Shown: piece by piece, positions 11,459 to 22,671 of the stretch | Layout of the letters: each line of letters opens with the position of its first letter | How positions within the stretch are numbered: position 1 is the stretch's first letter | Assembly: GCA_000708835.1 (NCBI GenBank) | Contig: DF237608.1 | Span: 1-46,005, forward strand | Direction of reading: 5' to 3' | Length of the DNA stretch: 46,005 nucleotides | From: Klebsormidium nitens | Taxonomy: Eukaryota > Plantae > Klebsormidiophyceae | The notes under the pieces: generated by a model | Told to the model about the DNA's origin: nothing | The model's database searches: none | The model's input: only the letters and a program-made list of their open reading frames with translations | Program-made: the position numbers and the translations under genes

Positions 11459-11514
11459 GATCAATCATACGCCATGTTACTCGGAGGACACTGATCAATC
11501 CTACGCCATGTCAC
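11459..11514. repeat. 22-bp direct repeat (34-bp period)
   Basis: GATCAATCATACGCCATGTTAC (11459-11480) vs GATCAATCCTACGCCATGTCAC (11493-11514), 2 mismatches. Confidence 0.8.
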
Positions 11515-11762
11515 GAAAGATCTGACCTCATGCACTCTCGTGCAGAAAGCATGAATTGACGCTTCCAAAGCAGGCACCCAGACTCACCCAGTACGTCTCT
11601 GCATCGACTGAGCGGCAATTCAAGCGCTCCCAAGCAGCTCACGCGAATATGGATGAAACACCGCCTTTAAGGTCACGTACGAGGCCCCAGAAACAACTCG
11701 AATCTGAATGTATGAGATCTGTTTTCGTTGCCAATTTCGAAATGAAGCAACAATATTGACGT

Positions 11763-14700
11763 TTATACCATCTTGAACTTCTTCGTTCCCTGTACCTTTC
11801 CTGTCCGAAAATCCAAGGCCACGTCTATAAACCGTTCGTTCTCTGCGTTTCGACTTAGCTGTACCTTGCCTTCGATCACGTCATCCTGGTCAACACGAAC
11901 TGGCTCGTCTATGTACAAGATAGTTTGTTGCCAATGTGTAGGCTGCTTTTCCGGGCCTGTGGACAACGTGAGCATTCCGTCGCTTTTACCTGACCCGTTT
12001 TGACCTTGGAGCGTTCCCGTATCTTGTGACCTAGTACCTGTCTCAATTTCTACCTGTCCTTGCTTAGCTGACGCTACCATATTTACATCTGCACTGCCTT
12101 CGCTCCTGATCGGAAAATTGACATCGAACCACAAAACGAACCCGTGCAGTTCCGCCATCATCATTGACGTCACTTTGAACGCCGCCTCCACCCTGCTGAC
12201 GTCATCCTTGGTCGCGCTCGTGCAGTCAATCCGCTTGATGACCGCCGGCCACGACAGCACGTTCTCTACCGACACTAGCCCCACCGCAGGCTCTGAGAGG
12301 ACCGACTTCTTCGCTGACGGGATCAGTGACGTCATGTTGATCCCGTACACATCTTGCCAAAAGTCGATGCTGTTTTCGTACAGCTCAGGGTCACTAACTG
12401 GGTTTATGTACAGTGTTGCCACCGAGGGCAACATTAGCCCGCCCGGGTTAAGCCACCGGTCACGCGCGTAGATGACGCTGTCGAGCATGGACTCGTAGAG
12501 GAGTACGTAACCCATCCACTCTGAGACAATGACATTAACCTGCAGGAGCGAACGGGTGTATTAGAGGACGCCTTGACATTCGATGTGATCTGACTTTTCT
12601 TTGAGTCATCTGTCGAAAGGCATGGAGGTCAATATTGAGCAAAATTGAAGCATCGGACGAGCAGCTTTGCAATGGAAGACGAAAATATCCTCCTGAGTAG
12701 CAGAGTTGAAAATAATTACACCGTAAAGCTGCTGACAGTCCAAGAAGAGGAAACAGCCGACAGCAGCAAGCACAAAAGGATTCGAGGCGAGCTATAGTAG
12801 ATCTGAGAGAGAGGTACAATCCGGAAAAATGAAAACGGTGCCAGCCAGCGAATTTTGCCTCAGACATCCAAGGAAGGAGCCGCATCCGCTCTCAAGCCCG
12901 GCAAGGCGAAAGCGCTCGGGACGGGTACTGCGAATGTTTCGAGAAACGACCCATTTGGACTTCTCATCATCGGCAAGGCAGGCTGGCGACCAAGCAAGCA
13001 CAGATACAAAGGGCAGCATTTTCATTCTTTCTACTCTCACGGAGATACGAAGAAAAACGTCGTAGTGACCATCAGACAGTCAGCCGACAACTTCCAAGGG
13101 TGAATGCAGATTGGGATATGTGTTGGTAAAAGTAAGTCAAGAAAAGGGACTGACCGAAGGCAAAATCAGAAAAGAGGCGCTGAATTGACGAAAGAAGAGG
13201 CGCGTAAGAGCCTTTCAGTAAATCATGACAAGGAACGATTAGCACCACTGACTTGCCTGTGTATCTTACAGTTACCAAACACATTCCTGCAAGCAATCTT
13301 CTGGAGGAGGAGACATTGCAGACATGGCCACAAAAGAGACAAAAGATCATGGACGAGAATCTCCAACTTGGACAACGAAAGGGACAAATAATCATGGACA
13401 AGTGTCTCTGACTTGGATACGAACACTTCTGTTCAACAGGCAGATTGCTTTCAGAAAGCATCTACTGCAAACATGGTCACAATCTCTGTAACCATAACCA
13501 CCACTCTTCGGGCCCCTCCTTACCTTCTCAGGAAGCTCCACTTCCTCCATCTTTCCACGTATCACAGTGATGACGTCAGCAAAACCGTTGTCGGCCACGA
13601 TGCGCTCTGCGTGCTCCGCAATCCCGCTGGCGTCCACTGCGTACACCTTGCGCGCCCCCGCGCGCGCGCAAAAGATGGACAGGATCCCAGTGCCACATCC
13701 GACGTCAAGAACCGCGCAGCCGCTGATGTAAGCAGCATTGCGCATGATCGCCTGCTGGTAGGTGTCCATGCGGGAACGGTCCTGGAGAAAGAATGAGCTA
13801 CTTTCATAACAGGTTTTGGAAGTTTTCGACATTACAGCGTCTAGACGGTAAGGGTTTCTCAATATTTGTCCTCAGGCTGCCACCATGCGTCGAGCGGAAG
13901 AGGAACCTGTTGGAATAGAGAGAGGAAGTCTGTCACAGGACAAGAATGGGACCCTGATGCTAAGTTACTTCAAACTCTCGTATATGCAGTGCGCATTCAT
14001 AAGCAGAGCCTTCTTTGATTGACCCAAATAAAAATGAACTGAAGCGTGAGGCCAATCCAGCATTGAAAATGGGAATGGGATTGTGCCAGTAGACAGGTCA
14101 ACAAGGGCGGGAAAGATATCGCCCCTGTTGGTATTAGACTGACGCCTCGGCCTGCACGCAGGGGGGGAGGACGTTTGCTTTCTGCTTGACCCGACACCTG
14201 AACCGCATGGAAAAGCAGAGCAGTAACGCCTAGGGACAAGCAGACTTGGGGTGGTTGGACAAAGGATTGACTGAAAACAGACGGCGCTACTGCCAGCACA
14301 GAACATGGACAACAGAAATGTTTAAAAACTTTGCCAGATGCTGAACAATGCTTTTCTTTGATTTGCCAGAGTTCAGGGTGTGCCTGGCAGCGGATGTAAT
14401 CAGAACATGTCCAAATTTAGATTGTTAAAAATGCCCGGAAGCTCACCTTCTGCAAACAGAAGACGCAAACACGCGGAAAGTTGCTAGGCCGTCAGATAGT
14501 GGTGCATGTTAAATGTCCTCATGGAAATCAGAACAGGTCTATGAAACAGATCATCATCCGGCCTGAATAACTTACAATTGGTATTGATCTTGATGGAAAA
14601 ATTTAAACTAATTAACGAATCAACAAAAAGGTTCAGGGGATCACAATGCTTCCGCATACTGTTACCACTTCGGCCGGGTGCAGATATGGGGCATTGGAGT

Positions 14701-16018
14701 GGTTGTAACCTATTTATGTGATAATGTTTGAATGTTTCTTCCAGCTTGCCCAGGAGTCGTCACAGCTGGAATAGGCATAAACTTTCAAAGCTCTCCCGCA
14801 AAGTTCAATATTTGGACCTCCAGGTTGATTAACGGCAACTTCGAGGGCTGGAGATGCGGGACAAATGAAGTATGAAGACATTCAAAAGACTGCAACAATT
14901 TCCAAAAAGCCAATTCAAAGCAGTAACTATCCACTGACTTGGATATAACCACCACCACTTCTGCATCACACGCTTTCGCTGTGGACAAACCAACACCACT
15001 CAACTTGGGAGGCGGCTACTCAGGTGTTTACGTGAAAGGAACGGAGGTTTCTCTTCAGCGCTTCCGCAGAAACTCAAAGCGAGCTGGGATTATCCGGATC
15101 ATCATTGTAGCACGCCTTCATAGCATCCAACGTAAAAAGTTTTTCAGAAACAACAATACGGTAGCAGACACAGAACCTAGATTCATCTAATCAAGCTGAA
15201 AATGAGCAACGAACAGTTTAGCAATGAAGAGGAAGTTGTGTGTGGTCAGAGCTGATGGAACTTCAGCTTAGGGTCAATCCTCAAGGCGTAGGGCCAATAG
15301 GACTGGGGCGACATGAGAGTCATCATTCCACACTGCGTCCAGAACTGCTTCAATCTTCAGAGCAAACATGAACTGGAGGCAAAAAGAAGCTGCATTTGTA
15401 GGTGAAAGTAAGATGAGTTTGAATACAAAATCCTTCAAGAAAACTAGCAAACTTTTAAAATACGAATCGATGCTACTCAGAAGGACATGCAACTGCAGGT
15501 CCAGTGTTTACATACAGAGGTAATCATTGCCAACCGAGAGCCAGAATGATTCATGTCTCTTTAAGTTCATCATGCGGGGCTGGCTACTTGACACTCCCTT
15601 CATCAGACGACCGCCAACGTTACTCACATTTTGAATGGTAATGGTGCACAACGTATCCACCACCTTTGTGAATGGAAAGAAGCATGAAAAACAATACTGT
15701 AAACACAAAGCACGTCGAATGATGTGAAGGAGGAAACGTTACAAAACAGTCTGCTACCCTGCTACAAAAGCTGGCGCTGTGTGCAGGCACCCTGCAATGA
15801 ACACCAATGTCCAGACATACAATAAGCAATCTCCATTACCGCTGAGAACGTAAGACCATTGGTGCCAAGTCCCTTACCTTGATCATCTCCTCGTGAATGC
15901 CCGTGTTGGCATAGCTCTCGAAGTACACTTGATCGTTGGGACTGATTCCCGCCCCGATGGCAGCCCCATCGGTGCTAGTGCGGCCTGCGCGCCCAGCGGA
16001 CTGCTGAAACCGCGGCAT
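11763..16018 (-). CDS. PRMT6: Type I protein arginine methyltransferase, plant PRMT6-like, 391 aa, complement(join(11763..12539,13524..13781,15878..16018))
   Basis: Motifs: [16 protein letters not shown]|DRSRMDTY, motif [10 protein letters not shown], post-I VYAVDAS, double-E loop [11 protein letters not shown], and THW loop [27 protein letters not shown] and the insertion between FDVNF and LSTGP match recalled plant PRMT6. Both donors are GTAAGG, all phase 0. CDS is 1176 nt. Introns are 2096 and 984 nt. Confidence 0.92.
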
Positions 16019-16399
16019 TGCAGTTGGATCAACGCCTCATGATGGAAAGAGGGAGCAGGAGCACAAGCAGGGTGGCGGCGACGTCGTTAGAAGCGCACAT
16101 CAGCAAGAACTATTCGCAGCCGGCAGCTTTTGCTGCACAAATGCGCGCTCAAGATGACGTACAAAAGAGAAACTTAGAAAGCCAAGTTTTCAAGTTGTAG
16201 TTTGTACTCGCAACTTGCCGCCATGCTGGATATGTCGGAAGTTCCAATCTGCTCGCGCACAAGTTGTGTCTATTTCTGCACGAATCTGTAAAATCATTGA
16301 ATATTTGCGGAATTATCGTGGAAATATCCTCTGCCACGGGATTTCCCTTGTCAGGCCCCGGGGTCCATGGGGATCTACCATACCTACAATCTGACCACC

Positions 16400-16679
16400 T
16401 ATCGGTTAAACCTCGGTCGGGGTTGATTTTGCGCTACCGCTGCCGCGTAACCGAAGGGTGGGACAAACTTGACATGCCAGTCAAACCAGTGGTAGACCGT
16501 AGGATTCATGAGGGGCAAGCGGTTAAATCTGGGGTTTGCATCATAATGCAAATACTTAAATACTCGTCCCCCGGTATGCCGGTGGGTAGGGTACCGTGAT
16601 ATTAAAGGTACGGTCAGTTTACGGCCTTGACCAAGACCCCGTTGATAGGTATTGCGGGTTACCGATACCGTGCACACTG
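16400..16679. mobile_element. Possible solo terminus of a hAT-type DNA transposon
   Basis: The end reads CAGTGTGCACGGTATCGGTAACCCGC on the minus strand (CAG start, as in many hAT TIRs). About 11 ACCG/CGGT words lie in the preceding 280 bp, like subterminal repeats. No partner TIR or TSD found. Confidence 0.25.
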
Positions 16680-17881
16680 CAGTCCCGGCCCTTTCTTCAT
16701 CTCCAATTTTCTACACCCCAACGTGTATGACGGTGTCATGACCGGGTCCCCGGCGCCCGCCTGGGCCCTGGAGGTCGGGTCACCTTCATATGCACATGGG
16801 CCATTTGCCGGACGGTTGGCTGTCGTTGGCCGATTCGACACCACGTGGCGGATAAACTAGATATGATGATTGGATCTGACAAATTGCAAACGACTAGAAT
16901 TGCCTTTTTGGGGCGACAAAATACTCTGCTCAGGGCGACGTAAATCATCCGTCGTAGGTGGCGTTGTCGCCGTTCCTGGGCGCGGCCCCCGCCTCGACAC
17001 TGGCCGCCAGCAAAATCGCAGCGAATTTTGGGCCCGATCGGAATTCAAATTTGCCTTTCTGTCGAGATCCGGAAATTGGATTCTGATGTCACTCAGGAGT
17101 CAGTACCAGTCACAGGACTCGCGGGGCAAATCAGTTGATTCACCTTCGGGATCAAATGCAATGCGACTTGAGCAATGTGGGAAAGAGCAATGCAGGTTTT
17201 GTAGCTAGTGAGCTGGGAATGATTCAGGAGCGCTTCCAGAATTTTTGCTTTGTGTGTCCACGGTGTTCGAATCCCTCCTTGGTGTCTGTCTTTCTTCTCG
17301 GATCCTGGAGCATTCCAAGATCAGGCTTCTTGACGAGCTGACGAGCTGGAAATCGTTACCAATAAGCTGTGGAGCTTGGGAACAAGGGGATTGCCACAGA
17401 GGGCAATGCTCTTGGCTGCTGATCGTCTTGTTGTGATCATCTGGCTCCTGGTCGTAGGCAGAGCTTCCAAGAATTGTATGAGCAGCTTCAGCAGCGCCGA
17501 TCTTAGGCTGTAGCTTTTGATTGTTCTTCTTGTTCTTTACCAAGGGCAGCCTTGTACGGTGTGCAGACGCTCTGGTTGGTTATCTACCTAGCCAGAATAG
17601 TTGTAGCGCAAGAGATACCTGCTTGTGCCCCTGATGGCGTCACGCTGTGTGTGAGAGCAATCTTACAGAGGGCCTTCCTTCAACTTGGTCTTGGTGACCT
17701 GTAATCTCTCCGCTCCGTTAGAGCTCCCTTAGAGCAGGCTGTGGTCTCAATGATAGGGCAACTCTAGTCAGCAAGCCTGGCAGCACGCCTCCCCTAGGGG
17801 ACTATCGAGCATACTCTTTGATCTGGGTTTGGCGGCCAATCTTCTGTGACGCTTAGTTAGGACCACTTACTCCCCCTGAGG

Positions 17882-20800
17882 ATGACGAAGCTCTCAGCAA
17901 GCGAGAAGGAGAAAACGAAGCTGCGAGAGCGTCAGCGTCGAGCCATCACCACCAAGATTTTCACAGGTCTTCGGAAGTACGGCGGCTTCAATCTTCCGTG
18001 AGTGGATGGCATACAAGAATTTGAGCTCATTCATGTGAATGCAAGTAGTCGATCGCTGTGATCCCAATAGTTGGGTGTCAACATGCCGCAAGCAGTTTGG
18101 CTGCTTTCACCATGGTTGACGGAAGTTCTGGAAATGCAGAATTTCTGCCTCACTTAGAACCTACTTTCAGTCAGCTGGTTTGCTTCCAGAAGCTGAACGG
18201 AGCAGATTTGCACCAGCATTTGCCTCCAAGTTGAGATGTGCCAGAATGTGTACTTCTGCAGCCAGAGCTGTTTGTTGATCACCTCAGCTGTGGATTCTGT
18301 GCAGGCCTAGAGCAGATATCAATGATGTTCTGAAGGCTTTAGCAAATGAGGCGGGCTGGATTGTGGAGCCAGATGGCACCACTTACCGGAACAGCACGGT
18401 GAGTGGGCCAAAACACAGTGCAACAGCTCTTTCGGGCTGCCTGAGGGTTTTGAAGAACCTGTCATCGCAGGGTCGTTGTTGATTCCTATAAGCAGATGTT
18501 TTGGTAATGAGCATTGCCTTCCCAGTGCCCTTTTTTCTGGTGATTGGCCAATAGCTTAGAGTTCCATTGATCTTCGCTCCTCGGTCAGGCAGTATCCTCT
18601 CTTCGCAAGCGCTCGTAGTCTTTGCAGACTGCTAGCTGACCCTGAACTACTAAACATCCTGCAGAATGCGTCGTTTTGGTAGCATCAGTAGTCAATCTGC
18701 TTACTAGAATTTCAGAATGGAATCTGGTCACCCAGTGGCAACAAAATAAGCTGTCCAGAATCGGTGATTGACTTGATAGAAACACTGTCACCTTGAAATT
18801 ACACGTTTGGAGCAGACAATTATTGACGGAAGCATTTGGAGCAGAAGTCGTGTGATCCGCCTATTCAGGGCATCTCAGGAGCAGCTTGTTCTTTTGGTGG
18901 TGGTTCCTGGCGTCCCTGGCTGAACTATAAACGAAGGCTGCAGAACTCTCAGAATGACCCGTCGTCCCCCTTTTGCTCTCCAGCCCAATCATTGATTCGT
19001 GCACATTGCAACCATTCACATCACCAGGGTATTCGAGAACACAGCAAAGCCGCCCAGCATGACGACGTGGCACACTCAGAGAGAGAACTTCTGGGGAATT
19101 GGGACTTCTGGGGAATTGGGAGCATCAAGAGACCTATTCTTTCTGCTGAAGCACGGCGTTCATTGTTTGCCCAACAACCTGGCAGGGATCTAAGCTTAAG
19201 CGTTAGTGTTGTCAACCCAAAAACCTCCAATAAATGTCTCGTAATTCAAACAAAATCCCGAGCCCTTGTTTAATAAGGTCTTTCCCCAAGCTTCCTGCCA
19301 ACCACCGGACTGGAGCTCTGGCAACTATCAGAAAGCCTTCGAACGACCTGCTGTCAGTCTTCTCGTCCTACTCAAACGTTGGCGATCGCCGCTGTAGAAT
19401 CTGGCGATAGCCTCTTCTGGCGGCGCTTGCTTTTTACCACCCCCCCAAATAATATCAATCCTCTGCCCCTATCCTGCCACTTTTTTGCAGCCCCTGCAGA
19501 TCGGCACGGGTAGCCACGCCAAGAACTTCTTACCATGCGGCCCCCGAAAACTTCTTGTTCGATTGAACACGCAAACTTACCATCTGCAAAAGCATCCACC
19601 GCTGCAGAACTGTCCCATCTGCAAAGCAACCACCGCTGCAGCACTGCAAGGAGTATCCTCTCACCGGACCCCTCATCCAAACAATATCCGTACAAATCAC
19701 TAATTTCTGGTCCGCCCCCCCCTTTCCCCAGCCGCTTCAAAACCGCATGGACGGTGGCGCCAGTGGTTCTTCGCAGCGGTACCCGCCAATGGCGCCCGAC
19801 GGCCCATCCTACCGCACCCTAAACGCCAATGAGGGGCACGATCCTGCGAACCGGGGGGGTCAAAGCGAGGGGATGCGACTAGAAAGCGGAATCCCAACGA
19901 CGAGCCACCTCCTGGGGGGCGGGCTTATGGGCCCTGGTGCGCAGGGGGGGGCGTCGCCATTTCTGATGGGGGGGATGAACGGGGGGTACGGACGGAGGGA
20001 AGACGGGGGGTTGCAAGGGAACCAGGCAGCGATGCTCAACGGGTTGAGGTTCTCCCAAGGAGGTGAGCGCCTCTCGCATTTGAGTCCTTGACTGGTTGCT
20101 TTGCGAGGTGTGAGTTTCAACATTGGACAGTGGTAGGCACCTTCTATTTTGATGAGGGAGCGTTACAAGTCCCCTTTTCTATCGAGAGACACAAAAGAGT
20201 TCTCGGATGTGCTCTTTGCTTTGACACCGTTTGAAGTGATTCAGCTCATCGAAGTATGCCACCGTTTGAAGTGATTCAGCTCATCGAAGTATGCCATCAG
20301 GCGTTACTTCCAGGAGGCACTTCCTCATCAGAACTCCCTCTGTGGTTTCATAAACTTCTCGTTCGCTTGTTCTTGATGTCACGCGCTTTGCTTTTGGCTG
20401 CCTCCTACCCTGCTTGGTTCACCCGCGACTGGTTGTCGCTTTCCCGTGGTTCGGTGAATGCGGGTGTAGTATTTCCACAGTTCCTTGCATCATACCAGCT
20501 TAGTATGATTCTGCAGGCAGCCTGTCTGCGTACAGAGAATCTGTTTTGTACCTGCAAAGAGAGTGTCTCTTTTGTGTCAGAAAGAGAAAGTCGATGCAAC
20601 CAGGGTCCGCCCTCGAACATAATCAAGGAAAGCTTGCTTGCCCGAAGTCGGGCGCGGCCTATCAAAATAGGCGTCTGAGCATGTGCCTTTAGGAACAGGC
20701 TGTCATGTCTATCCGTTTCTTTACCAATTTCTTGGAAGACGTTGTCTTTTTCAACAGGTACAATATCCTCGTTCTCTTGCCGGGCAAGACTTCGTAGTCC

Positions 20801-21174
20801 TCAGTCAAGCTCGCTCAGCGTGCCCTTTATTTATTATGCTGCAGCAACAGATTGCTGGTCCTGTACCAATCGTAAACCGTTCCAATCGCAAGAATTTTGG
20901 TGTACGCTGGTCTTGACAAGTTTCTTATTTGACACCAGGTCCGGACGTTTCCTACGGCCTCGGAATCAGCAACCAATCGGCGTCGCTGATCCACCTCCAA
21001 TTGTCGGACCGACGGGCGGCCCTCGGAACCTCTAGTCAGCTAGACAACTTCAGCAACGTTGGGCAGAACATTTTTCTTTCCCCGGGCCAACAGCTGTCAC
21101 TAGGGCCCCCTGCGGGTGGAAGTAAACCGGAGTTGTCAGGGAGTCCTTTGCATGGGCAACCCGGAGGTCGGTAG
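17882..21174 (+). CDS. BES1/BZR1: BES1/BZR1-domain transcription factor, about 258 aa, join(17882..17997,18305..18398,19732..20062,20939..21174)
   Basis: Exons 1-2 splice to [70 protein letters not shown], an unmistakable BES1_N domain. Both donors are GTGAGT. Exons 3-4 (Gly/Pro-rich, low complexity) are phase-consistent (total 777 nt) but lack homology support. Confidence is about 0.95 for the domain and about 0.6 for the C-terminal exons. Confidence 0.88.
19087..19121. repeat. Perfect 17-bp tandem duplication ACTTCTGGGGAATTGGG x2 in BZR intron 2
   Basis: Units at 19087-19103 and 19104-19120 are identical. Confidence 0.9.
20225..20296. repeat. Perfect 35-bp tandem duplication in BZR intron 3
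   Basis: CACCGTTTGAAGTGATTCAGCTCATCGAAGTATGC at 20225-20259 and 20260-20294, followed by a further CA. Confidence 0.92.
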
Positions 21175-22671
21175 CCCGCTTTGTACAGGGCAGGTGACTT
21201 AATTTGCGCATGCCAGTTTAGAGAGGGGGCGAGAAACGCGTGGAAGCAAGCGCGACCCAAGCGATACTTCCCCCTTGTGTGTGGGTGTCACATGATGCTG
21301 GCTGAATGGGCGCGACATTTGACGGCTGCTTATGAAAAAGCCGATGCTTCTCGTGGCCCAGCGTAGTAGGGGCTACCGAAAGGCGGCAAAACGGGGAAAG
21401 CAAGAGGAGGTGTCACGGTTGTAAGGACCTGCGAGGTATTCTTAGACCATTCTTTCCTTAACTAGGAGTAGGCGAGGACTAACTTTGACAATGGATGAGT
21501 TAGTCCCCTGAAAACGATTCTTTAGCTCCCGGCGGTGCCGGTTGCAATAGCATAGCATAGTTCAGCTTGTCCTTTAGCGAGATTGACAATTCGTATGTCT
21601 GTCCTCACTAGTTTGCCTGCAGGCAAGCCTGTTGCTTGTCGAGCATGCAAAGATACTTGAAAGGGTTGAAACATATGATTCCATAAAGCTACGCGATTTG
21701 TCAACTTCAAGCGTTTCTTATATGCACAATCATAGAAGCTCGCATGTTGAGCATCACCGTGGTCGCACAAACTTGTAGAGAATCTTCGTTCCTGGCCCGG
21801 GGGGCTGATTTAATAAGTTTCACAGCCACCGCCGTGTCACGTTAAGTTGCATGGGAACATTCAGGAGCAAAGCTAGCCAGTTATAGCTAACCCTAAGTCT
21901 TCCCAGCGGCGCGCGCGCGCGCACGCCACACGTCCGGACGATCCGGGACTCACTGATGCATGAGCTTGGCCGGGTCGATCGACGCTCTTGCATGCCATGC
22001 ATGGTGCGCTTAATGTACATTTGAGCTCAAATAGTCATATGGTGACCGAGCTTAATATCTGAGTTTTGTACATGGTGGTAAGTTGTTTAATACATGCGCG
22101 CGCGCATTGCGTTCAGGGCCGCGCCCGCTGTATAAACAATGTGCATGGCCGATCGTAGCATATGAGTACATGAACTTACGTGCACATAGTGAGTCGATCG
22201 TTCTCTGAGCAGACAAACTTCGGAAACGCGGGCCGCGCGTCGGACCGTCGGCCCAAAGGCCATGTTTCTTTGCACTTTTGTTCCTTTCGAGTTCAATCCT
22301 TCCTGCTGCGCGGCTAGCATAAAAGTGAACTTAGCCTTCCGGAACCGATCTTTCCCGCGCCGCTTGCAGCGATCAGGCATCCAATTGCCCTTATTCACTG
22401 TGCAGCACGCGCATTAGGAAGGCCGTTAGAAGTTAGTACACAACGGACATTCATTGAATGAGAGGACGTAATTAGACCAATTGCATGGAAGCCCGTCCTT
22501 TGCACTGATTGAAATGGGTCGCCTCCTTAACGAGTTCTATCTCCAGCCTATTCACAAGATCATTCGGCATCATTGTCTCAAAGTGCAAGCGACTTCGCAC
22601 GCGGAACCTTCTCATACTCACAAAAGACTGGACCAAGATTACGCTGCCGGCAGACTGCGGCGTCGATTTGT

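Noticed and set aside
14700-15830. Possible hAT transposase relic in PRMT6 intron 1 (IDPKLK resembling LDPRFK)
   Set aside because: A single short motif needing a frameshift, with no other hAT blocks, TIR or TSD.
15502-16679. CAGTGTTTAC (15502) as the left TIR pairing with the end at 16679, capturing PRMT6 exon 1
   Set aside because: Only 8 of the first 10 bases match, and the 8-bp flanks (TGCAGGTC vs CAGTCCCG) are not a TSD.
17261-17277. GTTCGAATCCC B-box (and GGTTCGAGTACC at about 44810) as a tRNA or SINE
   Set aside because: No T-stem pairing, no A-box and no cloverleaf.
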